A stretch of 63,988 nt of DNA, the filler included, from Limisphaerales bacterium (GTDB lineage Bacteria > Verrucomicrobiota > Verrucomicrobiia > Limisphaerales > SIBE01): NCBI GenBank assembly GCA_044225505.1. It is 3 parts of 3 records of this genome, joined end to end, with 100 filler letters (N's around TTAATTAATTAA, not from the genome) between each part and the next. Parts side by side here need not be neighbours in the genome. Positions count along the whole stretch, not along the records: positions 22,504 to 44,717 come from JBGAIN010000142.1; 2 more parts are not named here. One strand, written 5' to 3'. The notes under the pieces are model-generated. The model was not told the origin of the DNA and ran no database searches. It saw nothing but the letters and a program-made list of their open reading frames with translations. Shown piece after piece: positions 30,906-41,469 of the stretch. Each line of letters begins with the position of its first letter. The stretch's first letter is position 1. Both the position numbers and the translations under genes were made by a program.

Positions 30906-31646
30906 TTAACGTTCGCCGTCTTGCAGCAAGCGGGTTTGTTTCTTGAGGGCACGCAAGCCGAAGTAAACGACGGCGCCTGCAAGTGCTAGAATCAACCAGG
31001 GCAAATCTACTCGGAGTTTACCTTCGACAATCGAATCCCCGGCTATTTCTAGAAATGCATACGTCGTCGTCAGAACGAAGAACCCGGTATACTCCCGCCG
31101 GAGAACGCATCGCCAACTAAACCTTAAGCTTGGCCTGCGCCATAGCCGAAAGTTCGGAATGACAGCGGGCGTCACCGCTGCCCAACGCTCGAATTCTTCA
31201 CCGAAGCGGTCGCGCAGAAATGATTCCTCGGCGAACATGATTCTCTCGTAGGAGAGAGCGCAGATACAAGTCACGAGAGCGACGATCCACCACGTGTGGA
31301 ATACCATGGCCACGCCCAGTGCCATGACGTAGTTGCCGAGGTACAGAGGATGGCGGACGACGGAGTACATCCCCGTAGTGTTGAGGCTGCCGGCAACCTG
31401 CTCTCGTGTATTGCGGCCCGAGGTGTCCTTGGGCACAAACCCAATCGTCAAGCCGCGAACGACTAACCCGAGAAACGATACAGCCAGGCAGCACGTATTC
31501 CACGCCTCACCCCAAAGATGGCGGCGGCCAACATAAGTGAACGAGAGGAGTCCAGTGATAATAAGGGGAATTCCGCAGAGTCCCAGGAAACTCCGGTGAC
31601 GGAACAACCAGGCACCGCGGGTCTCAAATTCTGTACGTAGGGACAT
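30906..31646 (-). CDS. ICMT/PEMT-family membrane methyltransferase, LmtA (lipid A phosphate methyltransferase)-like
   Basis: TSGRNT..QVA.SLNTTGMYSVVRHPLYLGN and YERIMFAEE motifs. Confidence 0.8.
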   Translation of the reverse strand: MSLRTEFETRGAWLFRHRSFLGLCGIPLIITGLLSFTYVGRRHLWGEAWNTCCLAVSFLGLVVRGLTIGFVPKDTSGRNTREQVAGSLNTTGMYSVVRHPLYLGNYVMALGVAMVFHTWWIVALVTCICALSYERIMFAEESFLRDRFGEEFERWAAVTPAVIPNFRLWRRPSLRFSWRCVLRREYTGFFVLTTTYAFLEIAGDSIVEGKLRVDLPWLILALAGAVVYFGLRALKKQTRLLQDGER

Positions 31647-31875
31647 AAATTACGATTTGACCAGGAACGCTCGCTGTCGTTCAAACAGACTGAGCGCGAA
31701 GAATGCAGTTTGGATCGCCGCCCAGGGTTTGATTTTACATCCGGCCCTCGGTAGCACTTCAAGACAGGAATTGCTTGTTGTCAAGAGCCTTTTGGACGTG
31801 TTTACGGCCGCAATGAACCTTCATCAGCGGCCGTGCGACCAGTCTGTCGATGGGGTCGAGCGCACGCGTCTAACG

Positions 31876-32976
31876 CTAGCTCCGAACCCCCAGCCCAATG
31901 ACTTCGCGGCAATACTTGAGGCTTCGCTCCAGTTCGGATCGTTGGTAATCCTGCTCGCCTTTGCCATCGGCCGCCCGAAACGGCGCAAGCGCCTTACCAC
32001 CCTTCGCAAATGAGAGAAACTTGGCGAAATCAGCCGCACGCGCTTTTGGGAACGCTTCCCAGAATTCGGGCTTCAAATACGGAAAATCGAGCGCGAACCC
32101 TGAAATAGTTTCGATATTCACAGGCACTCCTGGGCACAACCTGGCAAATTCCTTAAAGTAATTCTTCCAGTTGACCATGCCTTCACCCATTGCCGTCCAT
32201 TGAATCTTTGCCCCTGTGTCAGATTCCCACACCATGGAATCGCGAAGACTCGTGCACAACGCGTAGGGTCCAAGGACCTCCAAACTGGCTTGCGGATCTT
32301 CTAATGTCCAAGTTGCATTGCCGGAATCCAGGTTGACACCCACATAGTCTTTGCCCGCTTCCTCGACAAGCGTGACCAATTCCCAGGCTTGCATATCGCC
32401 CGCATGATTCTCGATGGCAATTTTGACTCCTGCATCGATCGCTTGACTGCGGCACGCCTGGCATACTTTGACTGTGTCTTTAATGCGAGCTTCGATCCCG
32501 CCCGGTGTGCGGCGATCCTCTCGACTCCCAAGCACGACCCGAAAGGCAGGTGACCCCAGGGCTTTGGCCATCCGAATCCCAAGCCGCAAGTGTTCTTCAG
32601 CTGTTCCCCAGTCTTTCTTAAACGTTTTGGACGTGGGACAAATGCTCCAGGAACCGAGCCAAATCTCGATCCCTTGGTCCGTTGCGCTCTTGCGAAGATC
32701 CCGCAGATAACTGTCTTCGAAAGACTTGAACGGGCCGAGATCTGTAATAAAGAGAGTGTCGCACTTCAGCGAAGCCGCGTAGGGGATCAATTCCTCAGCT
32801 TTCCACTTCATGGCGCGGACGGCGAAGTTGTCCATCCCAAGCTTGATCTTGGAACTGGCCAAACTGCTCGCAGGAGCAGCGGAAGCCAGCGGCCAACCCT
32901 GACTGACAGCCGCTCCGGCTAAACCAATCGTCTGAATAAACCGGCGACGATTCAGATTCGGGAATTGAAAGTTCAT
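31876..32976 (-). CDS. Tat-exported sugar phosphate isomerase/epimerase (TIM barrel)
   Basis: RRRFIQ Tat motif, IENHAGD, DSGN, MGEG. Start moved to ATG 32976. Confidence 0.87.
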   Translation of the reverse strand: MNFQFPNLNRRRFIQTIGLAGAAVSQGWPLASAAPASSLASSKIKLGMDNFAVRAMKWKAEELIPYAASLKCDTLFITDLGPFKSFEDSYLRDLRKSATDQGIEIWLGSWSICPTSKTFKKDWGTAEEHLRLGIRMAKALGSPAFRVVLGSREDRRTPGGIEARIKDTVKVCQACRSQAIDAGVKIAIENHAGDMQAWELVTLVEEAGKDYVGVNLDSGNATWTLEDPQASLEVLGPYALCTSLRDSMVWESDTGAKIQWTAMGEGMVNWKNYFKEFARLCPGVPVNIETISGFALDFPYLKPEFWEAFPKARAADFAKFLSFAKGGKALAPFRAADGKGEQDYQRSELERSLKYCREVIGLGVRS

Positions 32977-33067
32977 AGTCAACAACGTCCGCGTTTTGAA
33001 ATCTGACAATATTTCGCCCGTAAGCTGGAAGAAAAGCAATGCGTTTTCTCCTGGCGGCCGTCTAACC

Positions 33068-33919
33068 TCAATTTGCCGGCAGCATTAGAGTCGTTTCGCA
33101 GGCCTGCTGAGGTGTGGCCGGTCCAGCCCGGTAGACAAGAATTCCGGCTATCGACTCCGGCCAACTCTTTCCCAATCGGCGCACGCTTTTGCGCACGGAC
33201 GAGATTCCGCCACCGGGAAGTTCGGACCGGGGCAGATCCTGGAGTTCGTATTCACTATTGGCGTAAGGGTAAAAATCCAGGTCGATCAAACGGCGTGGCA
33301 CCTCGATGCGGATGGGGCGAAGTTCGCCTTGCACAGGTGCGTCCCAGCGTGTCTGGGACAAAAGATGGAGTTGACGTGCGGTTGACCCAGGCGTCTCGGG
33401 CTCGGGAATTCGTTCACGCCCCTGTTTCAGCCAGGTGGGTGTCGCCGCAGGCTGCGGGGAGACCTCTACAGCGAGGGATGTCAGCACTTTGGCATGACCT
33501 GGGAGGCACACCTTGCCGCAGTCCAGCCATGAGATAGTCGCGCTTATCTCCAGCGAGGTAAAGGGTGCGTTCGTGGCCACATGGAGGGGCACAAGAAGAA
33601 TGACGTTACTCGAATAGACAAACGTTGTGAATGGAGGGGTGATCAGTTTCTCGGGAATCGGCCATTGGATATCCCCAGCGGTGACGGACTTCGGCAAATG
33701 CCAGTCGATCTGGGTGGCTTGTCCGGAGTCGCCTGGGTTTCTCCAGTATGTGTGATGGTTCAACGGCATGATCAGTTCGATTCCAGCAATCACCGTGTCG
33801 CCAGGTCGCGCGGCGAGGGCAGACAGATGCAATCGTGCTGACGTCGGCGAAGCCGCGTCTGCATGAAGGGCAAACATGCATGCGGCGCCCAACGTTCCAA
33901 TGATTTGTCGAAGGATCAT
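33068..33919 (-). CDS. DsbD N-terminal-domain protein (stand-alone)
   Basis: Signal peptide, HTYWRNPGDSG, WPIP, WLDCGKVCLP. Confidence 0.8.
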   Translation of the reverse strand: MILRQIIGTLGAACMFALHADAASPTSARLHLSALAARPGDTVIAGIELIMPLNHHTYWRNPGDSGQATQIDWHLPKSVTAGDIQWPIPEKLITPPFTTFVYSSNVILLVPLHVATNAPFTSLEISATISWLDCGKVCLPGHAKVLTSLAVEVSPQPAATPTWLKQGRERIPEPETPGSTARQLHLLSQTRWDAPVQGELRPIRIEVPRRLIDLDFYPYANSEYELQDLPRSELPGGGISSVRKSVRRLGKSWPESIAGILVYRAGPATPQQACETTLMLPAN

Positions 33920-34015
33920 CGCACGAACGATTGACTCAATTCCGATTCTAGGCAACCGCAGAAATACGAGGTGCCCGTTGTGTTCGTGCCTGGTCCGTGG
34001 CATACTCGAGAAAGA

Positions 34016-35164
34016 ATGGAGTCCGTGATTCAGGCCAGATCGGGCACCTCCCGTTTTCAATGGTTAAGGACGGTCGACGAATCGATGGAAGCCATGCTCG
34101 CCGAAATCGGCCGCGCACGCGTTTCTGTTCGGTTGGAGATGTACATTTTCACCGCGTGTCCGGTCGGTGAACGGTTTCGCGATGCCATGATCCAAGCGGC
34201 CCTTGGCGGGGCTCGAGTCCGCGTCTTGATCGATTCGTGGGGGTCGATCACGCTGTCGGACAAGTTCTGGGATCCGTTGCGCGCGGTGGGTGGCGAGGTT
34301 CGATGGTTCAACCCGTTGTGTCTCGGACGTTATGGTATTCGTGATCACCGCAAGCTGCTGGCTTGCGACGATGTGGTGGCGTTTGTAGGCGGGTTCAATA
34401 TCTCGACGGAATATCAAGGGGACGGAGTGACGCGCGGTTGGTTTGACTTAGGTCTGCGAATCGATGGAGTCGTGGCGCGGGAGTTGGCCAATTCGTTTGA
34501 TACGCTATTCCTTTTGGCCGATTTTAAACATCGTCGGTTTAATCGCTTTCGCCGGTCGGTAAATCAAAAAGTTGTCTCAAGCCCGGAGGCGCAAATTATC
34601 CTGGCTGGGCCCGGTCATCACCCACAACTGTTAAAGTCTATTCTCCTCAGAGACCTGCGTTCGTCTCGTTCAATTCTAATCGTGGCGGCCTACTTTCTGC
34701 CGCCGCGACCGATTCGGCGAGCACTGATCCGGGCGGCGCGTCGCGGAGCCCGGGTGCGAATCATTCTGGGGGCGAAGTCAGACGTTCCGTTGTTGCAGTT
34801 CGCGGTCCGGAGGTTCTATCAGAGCTTTCTCCGGGCTGGGATTGAAATCTACGAGTATCAGCCTCAAATTCTCCATGCCAAATTGATCGTCCTTGAGAAC
34901 GCGGTCTACGCCGGATCGGCGAATCTGGATCGTCGAAGCTTTCTCGCCAACTACGAGCTGATGGTGCGGCTGCACGACCGGGATTCGATCTCCGAGGCGG
35001 AGGCGATTTTCGCGAACACACTAACTCATTGTCGGCAGATTGAACGCCGGTTGTGGCCCCGCTCGCGCAGTTTTTGGAACAAGCTTAAAGAATGGTGGGC
35101 GTTCTTCCTCCTTGCTCGAGTTGATGCCTGCCTGACCCGACGGCAGCTGCGCAACCTGCGATAA
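34016..35164 (+). CDS. cardiolipin synthase / phospholipase D family (ClsB-like)
   Basis: Two HKD-type motifs: DHRKLLACD and LHAKLIVLE...GSANLD. Confidence 0.9.
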   Translation: MESVIQARSGTSRFQWLRTVDESMEAMLAEIGRARVSVRLEMYIFTACPVGERFRDAMIQAALGGARVRVLIDSWGSITLSDKFWDPLRAVGGEVRWFNPLCLGRYGIRDHRKLLACDDVVAFVGGFNISTEYQGDGVTRGWFDLGLRIDGVVARELANSFDTLFLLADFKHRRFNRFRRSVNQKVVSSPEAQIILAGPGHHPQLLKSILLRDLRSSRSILIVAAYFLPPRPIRRALIRAARRGARVRIILGAKSDVPLLQFAVRRFYQSFLRAGIEIYEYQPQILHAKLIVLENAVYAGSANLDRRSFLANYELMVRLHDRDSISEAEAIFANTLTHCRQIERRLWPRSRSFWNKLKEWWAFFLLARVDACLTRRQLRNLR

Positions 35165-35400
35165 GGCCCAGCATGACAGGCGGACCCAAAGAAACCAAGG
35201 CCGCGGCGATTTGCCAGAACCTGGTCGGAAATAATCGCAGACTGTAAGCGTTTGCTGAGAAACGCCAGGAGCGTTCGTCAAAAAGCAACGCGTGGAAGCT
35301 CTCGAAGGCGAGAGGCCAATTCCAGCAGGCAACGCCTCCGGCAATCAGTGTCAGGATGATCCAAAGGATGGCAGCTCGGTTCAGAACGCATCGGATCGCT
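35165..35400 (-). pseudogene. C-terminal fragment of a DUF1461/Lit-like membrane protein
   Basis: AFESFHALLFDERSWRF...LRLFPTRFWQ matches the family pattern as I recall it; 5' part missing; boundaries approximate. Confidence 0.5.
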
Positions 35401-35421
35401 GGCCCGGACATTTGTGTCCCG

Positions 35422-35643
35422 ATGGCACGGATCGATTCCATCCGACGCGAACCCTCGGAAAGTGCCGTCGTCCTGCTCTTCACGAAGTCGCCAGGTGGGA
35501 CGTTCAGTGTTCAGTCGTCGACCAACTTGACAGCATGGTCGATGATTGGCAGTGGCGTGGCCGAAACAAACGCCCCGACCACTTTCATCGATCGGACCCC
35601 GGGTTTTGACGGTGGCCGGTTTTATCGGCTGCTTTGGGAGTGA
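35422..35643 (+). pseudogene. orphan C-terminal RFYR-type domain
   Basis: VQSSTNLTAW...TFID...RFYRL, with no signal peptide and no passenger domain. Confidence 0.55.
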
Positions 35644-35741
35644 TTGGAGTCGATCGCGCGAACCTTCGATTGCCGTGGCATCGCGGGCCGGATCGGACGG
35701 GACGGCGCAGTGGATTCTTGCAGCGGTTCGGAGCCCTCCGT

Positions 35742-37932
35742 TCAGGATCTTGTATCCAAACAACCACGGACTGCCGCCGCAAGTTGCTGCGCGTGGTATG
35801 GCTTTGGCAGATAGATGATGCCGGCTTTGGTGGCAACGCCGGACATAACTCGCTCCGAACTGTAACCGCTAGAGATGATAGCCTTTAGGCCAGGCTTTAA
35901 AGCCTGTAATCGTTCGACGAGTTCTAGGCCGGTCATGCCTTCCGGCATGACCATGTCTGTCAACAGCAGATCGACTCGAGCCCCGTGTGTTTGCCATAGA
36001 GTCACCGCCTCCTGGCCATTGGCTGCTCTCAAGACCTGGTATCCGTTGAGCGAAGGCCTGCGCGACAACGTGCCGGACTTTCTCCTCATCTTCGACGAGT
36101 AAAATGGTCTCCTTACCCCCGCTCATGGGAGGGAGCGAAGGGTGGGATTCAGCTGAATCGGCTGGATTCGTTCCCGCTGGAAAGAAGATATGGAATGTGG
36201 TTCCGCGGCCAACGGCGCTTTCCACTTCGACCCAGCCTTTATGTTGTGTCGCGATTCCATGAACCGTTGCCAGGCCAAGCCCAGTTCCGCGCCCCGGTTC
36301 TTTGGTCGTGAAGAACGGCTCAAAAAGGCGTTTCATCGTTGCCGTATCCATTCCGCAACCCGTATCCGCAACATCTAAGCGCACGAATGATCCACGCCGG
36401 CGCTCGCGTCTCTCGAGCGCGGCCGCTTCGTCGAACTGCGTGGCGGAAGTCCGCACGGTGATCCGACCTCCTTTCGGCATCGCGTCGCGGGCGTTAACCA
36501 CCAGGTTGACCAGAATCTGCTCGATCATGCCGACGTCGGCGTCCACCCAGGGAAGCGGTTCCGATTGTTCAAAGCGCAGCTGGATATCTTCTCCAATCAA
36601 CCGCGTCAGCATCTTCATCAGGTTGGCGATCACCAAATTGATGTCGAGTGGCTTCACGTTCAACACGGAACGGCGGCTGAACATCAGTAGTTGGCGAGTC
36701 AGACCTGCAGCCCGCCGGGCCTCGGAGTCCAGCTCTTTCAGAGTGACGCGGGTGCGTTCGTTGATGTCAGGGGTGGCCTGGAGCAGCTCCAGGTGCATCA
36801 TAATGACCGCGAGAATGTTGTTGAAATCGTGCGCTACGCCTCCGGCTAATTGTCCGATTCCTTCTAACTTTTGAGCTTGGCGAAGCTGCGCCTCAAGCCG
36901 TTTCCGGTCGGTAATATCGATATCCACACCAATAATACGATCTGGTTTTCCTTCCGAATCAAAATACGTGCGTCCTCGAACGAGACCCCAACGATCGCCT
37001 CCGTCGCGACATCGAAAGTGCAACTCCGCTTGAAACTGGCCATCGCCATGCCGGGCTCGCTTCTGTGCCTCGGCGTGGATTTCCCGGCTATCCGGATGGA
37101 CCAGGGCGAGGAATGCCTCGTCTGTCCCCGGAAACGTGCCTGGAGCAAAACCCATCAGACGTTCCTGTTCCGCGGACCAATGGAGGCGGTTGGCTTTGAC
37201 ATCCCGGTCCCAGGTTCCAATCAGCGCAGCTTGGCTCGCCAGGCGCAACCGTTCTTCCGAGACGCGCAAGGCCTGTTCGACCCGTTTTTGCTCGGTGATG
37301 TCCGTGTGAGTGCCGACAACGCGAAGCGGCTTGCCGTCGGGAGTCCGGACCACGACTTTCCCGCGGTCGGCGATCCATTTGTAGCTTCCGTCTTTGCACC
37401 GGATTCTATGTTCGTTGACATACTCGGGTGTTTGGCCGGAGAGATGCCGATCGAGGGCTTCTAACGAGGCTGCGAGATCATCAGGGTGGATCCGGTCTCG
37501 CCAAGATGAGACGTTAGGCGCGAACTCGCCGGGCTCGAACTGGAACATCTGGGTCCAGCCGGGGCTGTAAAACACTTCGCCCGTTTGGACGTTCCAGTCC
37601 CAAACTCCATGGCCGGCGCCTTCCATCGCAAACTGCCAGCGTTGGTCGCTGGCCAATAAGAGCTGAGCCGATTTTCGAATCACTCGAAAATAATGGTTCA
37701 GCGCCAGCCCCAAGAGACAGGCCGTGACAAAGACGAAGAACCATCCCTTGACAGTTTCGAGGAGCGCTTCGGTGGGACCGCTATGCACAAAACGATGCAA
37801 CAACCAGCCCGTCCCAAAAATCCAAAGAGTCCCTGCGAGCGCGTAGCCCAGACTAATCCTGAGCGCCAAGCTTTGGGCGGGTACCCAGCGGGCTTCTGGG
37901 CTATCGGCGCTTATCACCTTCGGATTTGCCAT
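35742..37932 (-). pseudogene. hybrid PAS-PAS-HisKA-HATPase-REC kinase with frameshift in the receiver domain
   Basis: GVAHDFNN H-box. The receiver begins ETILLVEDE in one frame and continues LNGYQVL...TDMVMP in another frame from about 36051. Confidence 0.85.
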
Positions 37933-38235
37933 GCTTGGCCTTTGTTAGCTCGGGACGATCGATCGATTCCGAGTCGACGACTTTCGCACCCTGAACACCC
38001 CCCTCTCGGTTAGTCACCACCTGTCACCTGTCTTCTGGCAGAGGCGCGGATGGATACGCGAGGCTACGCAATCGATCCCGCAGAAGCAAGCTAGCATCCG
38101 ACAAACCACGCAGAACGAGTTGGAGATTCGTTGAGGAAAGGCCACCTCCCGTCGTCTTGTGAACTGACGAAAGAGGAAGTAAGAGCCTGGATGAACTTGT
38201 GATCCGGCAACGCAACCGTCGACACGGCAGGCGGG

Positions 38236-38946
38236 CTAAAGCGAACGCAGCCGAATGTTGCGCAGCGCGGACTTGGTTTGGTAAGCCGATATCCCCAGCG
38301 GTTCGGCCAATTCGATTTCTCCGGCCCGCACCGTGATGCGGCGATCTTTGATATCTACGTTGATGAGTTTTTCCTGGTCGATCCAAGCCTCGATCTTGGC
38401 CTGAGTGACCCGAACGCGAATGGCATACCATTTGCCCTTGTCAAAGGATAAGAACTTGGTGGTTTCGTTCTCGGAAGCATCCATGCCATCAATGCTGGAA
38501 ATCCCGACGACCCCACCTCCCCAGCCACCGACCACCAGGCTGCAGTGCCCAGTCCCTGCGGGAAAGGTCAGAGCACAGAAGAAATCGCTGCCATCCACTT
38601 TCATGGCCTCCAGTGCCAACTCGTACTCCCCGTGCGGCGGAGGATTCGTGTAGGTGATGCCCGTCAAAACGGCACCCATCTCGAAAAGAATGGCCGCGCT
38701 TGGCTCCGCTTTCGCGGTGGCTTTGAAGTTCGGGTCGACCGTGATTTCGCCGTGACCCGCGAAATCCGTCACTTTCCACCCTTTCAAGCTCTGCCCGTCG
38801 AACATCGGTTTCCAGTCCGCGCTTTTTTCGGGCGCGGCGTTAGCCGGCTTGGTCGGCGCTGGGTTCGACTTCTCTGCGGCCCAGGTTGGCTTGGGGACAA
38901 GCACCGTTGCCGCGACGGCAACCCAAAGGAGGCAGTTCATGCGCAT
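38236..38946 (-). CDS. DUF1080 (3-keto-disaccharide hydrolase-like) protein
   Basis: Signal peptide, MFDGQSLKGW, GSDFFC, GGWGGGVVG, LRNIRLR. Confidence 0.88.
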   Translation of the reverse strand: MRMNCLLWVAVAATVLVPKPTWAAEKSNPAPTKPANAAPEKSADWKPMFDGQSLKGWKVTDFAGHGEITVDPNFKATAKAEPSAAILFEMGAVLTGITYTNPPPHGEYELALEAMKVDGSDFFCALTFPAGTGHCSLVVGGWGGGVVGISSIDGMDASENETTKFLSFDKGKWYAIRVRVTQAKIEAWIDQEKLINVDIKDRRITVRAGEIELAEPLGISAYQTKSALRNIRLRSL

Positions 38947-38949
38947 GGC

Positions 38950-41238
38950 TTATCCTAAGCGAGCACGCCGTCCATTACCAGGCAGGAGTTGCTCTCGCGC
39001 CACCCAGTAGAGTCCGCCGCACAGCAGAACAAACGGGATCAACGACAGTAAATCGGCGTTCGGTCCAACAAACAGCGGATTGTGTGCGGTCGCCCACTGA
39101 GTGAAGAACGCGTCCACCTGATCAAAGACGCCGGCCATGAAGGCGATAATAATTCCGGAAATGGCGCCACCTGCGATATATCCGGAGGCCATCAACACGC
39201 CTGGACTTTTGTCCGCCTCCGCGGCGAGTTGCTCTTCGGAGATCGCCGCGCCGCGAAACTCGCGCCGTCGCCGCCAATCGGCCAGCCACCGAATCATCCC
39301 TCCAATAAATATGGGGCTCGAGGACGAGAGTGGGAGATAGACACCCACCGCAAACGCGAGCGACGGGATCCCGGACATTTCCAGGACAATGGCAATCATA
39401 ACGCCGAACAAGACCAAACTCCAAGGCAGCTTGCGATCCAGAATCCCCTTAATAATATAGGACATCAACGTGGCCTTCGGAGCGTCAAACTTACGCACCT
39501 CCGTGCCGTCCGGGCGTTTGGAATGTGTGCCGTTGATCCCGGGATCCACCAGATACACCGCCGCCCCGCTACTATCGACGAGGTAACGGCCGGACGGTCC
39601 GCCGGCATCATCGGTTTTTTGCCAGACGTGGTAGGTTTTCGAGTCAGTCTTGGCTTGTGGCCCGGAGAGCGGTTCGGTGGCGGTCAGTTGCCGGACATCC
39701 GTTTTAAGCCCAGGGGCTACTTCACTAGCGGGGACGTAGACCGTCGCGGCGTTGTTTAACCGGAGCAAAATTGGGCCCAGCACGAGCGCCGAACCCAACG
39801 CTCCCAGCAAGATGGCAATTTGTTGGTAACGCGGTGTGGCGCCGACGAGAAACCCTGTCTTTAAATCCTGCGAGGTCGTCCCGCCGTTGGAGGCGGCAAT
39901 ACAAACGATTCCGCCGACCGAGAGGGCGGTCACGTAATAGGTGCCTCCCACCCAGCCCATCACGAGGAAGATGAGACAGGTCAGGAGCAGAGTCGCCACA
40001 GTCATTCCCGAAATCGGGTTAGAAGATGAGCCGATCTCGCCAGTCAGGCGCGACGACACCGTCACAAAGAGAAATCCGAAAACGATAATCAGCGCCGCGC
40101 CGAGCGGGTTCATGTGGAGCGGTGGCGCCGCTGTTATCGCAAGCACCAGAACGGCGATCCCGATTAACACGAATCGCATGGAGAGATCGCGGTCTGTTCG
40201 GACCAGATCAGTCCGTGCTGCGGGAGCGATCTTAAAATCCTTTAACCCCGCTTGCAGGCCTTTCCATATCGTGGGCAAAGAACGGAACAGGCTGATGATG
40301 CCACCCGCGGCCACTGCTCCGGCACCAATGTAAAGCACATAGGCGCTGCGGATCTGCCCGGGCGACATTTCCGAGATGGGGACCGATCCCGGAGAAAGCG
40401 CCGCGGTGAGGCCCGCACCGAAAAACTTGATCATGGGGATAAGGACCAGATAGGCCAGGACGCCGCCTGCGCACATGATCGAACCAATTCGCGGCCCGAT
40501 AATGTAGCCCACCCCTAAGAGCTCAGGCGAAATCTCGGCACTGATCGATCCGCCTTGGAAGTGGCGTCCGGCGAAAATCCGTTCTGGAATATCCTTCCAA
40601 CCCTTGAGTCCCACCATCACCGTCTTGTAGAGCAACCCGATTCCAAACCCGGTAAAGATCGTCTGTGCGCCGACGTTTTGGCTTAGACCCGCGGCCGCAG
40701 CGACCCGATACTCTTCCAGAGCAGAGCTCGACGCAGCCGCCCGACTTTCCGCAGAGGCCCCGGCCTTCAAGACGGCGGCACAAGCGGTGCCTTCAGGATA
40801 TTTCAGTGTCTCATGTTCTTGAACGATGAGTGCCCGGCGGAGGGGGATCATCATCAGAATCCCCAGCAATCCTCCCAAGACTGCAACCAACATCACTCGG
40901 GTCAACTCCAAGTCGAAGCCTAGAATCAAGATGGCTGGCATGGTCACGCCGACGCCGAAAGCGATGGACTCGCCGGCGGACCCGGCGGTTTGAACCAGGT
41001 TGTTTTCCAGGATCGTGGCATCGCGCAGGCCAAACTTGGAGAGCACGCGAAAGAAGGCTAATGAGATGACTGCCACCGGGATCGACGCACTCACGGTCAG
41101 GCCAACCTTGAGGACCAGATAGAGCGACGATGCACCGAAGATCATCCCGAGGACCGTCCCTAGAATCAAAGAGCGCACGGTGAACTCCCGCATGCTGGTT
41201 TCGGGCGAAATGTACGGTTGAAATTGGGGGGCAGGCAT
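38950..41238 (-). CDS. OPT family oligopeptide transporter
   Basis: [33 protein letters not shown] motifs. Confidence 0.95.
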   Translation of the reverse strand: MPAPQFQPYISPETSMREFTVRSLILGTVLGMIFGASSLYLVLKVGLTVSASIPVAVISLAFFRVLSKFGLRDATILENNLVQTAGSAGESIAFGVGVTMPAILILGFDLELTRVMLVAVLGGLLGILMMIPLRRALIVQEHETLKYPEGTACAAVLKAGASAESRAAASSSALEEYRVAAAAGLSQNVGAQTIFTGFGIGLLYKTVMVGLKGWKDIPERIFAGRHFQGGSISAEISPELLGVGYIIGPRIGSIMCAGGVLAYLVLIPMIKFFGAGLTAALSPGSVPISEMSPGQIRSAYVLYIGAGAVAAGGIISLFRSLPTIWKGLQAGLKDFKIAPAARTDLVRTDRDLSMRFVLIGIAVLVLAITAAPPLHMNPLGAALIIVFGFLFVTVSSRLTGEIGSSSNPISGMTVATLLLTCLIFLVMGWVGGTYYVTALSVGGIVCIAASNGGTTSQDLKTGFLVGATPRYQQIAILLGALGSALVLGPILLRLNNAATVYVPASEVAPGLKTDVRQLTATEPLSGPQAKTDSKTYHVWQKTDDAGGPSGRYLVDSSGAAVYLVDPGINGTHSKRPDGTEVRKFDAPKATLMSYIIKGILDRKLPWSLVLFGVMIAIVLEMSGIPSLAFAVGVYLPLSSSSPIFIGGMIRWLADWRRRREFRGAAISEEQLAAEADKSPGVLMASGYIAGGAISGIIIAFMAGVFDQVDAFFTQWATAHNPLFVGPNADLLSLIPFVLLCGGLYWVAREQLLPGNGRRARLG

Positions 41239-41469
41239 GGGTGCTTCGTTCGCGTTCTTGGATCGGTCACGAGATACTTATTCTGGGCTGATGCCGATTT
41301 CAATGCGCATTTTCCCGCTTCGCCGCTTTCGCGTAAGAATACCGATCAGACCTCACTAACAGGACGGTCGCCGCATCTAGCCTCATTAGGCCCCCGCGTC
41401 CCAAGACTATATTACGCTGTCGCGCACAATCCGTTGGACAGGCGAATTCGCAAACGGTAGCAAGGAGGT

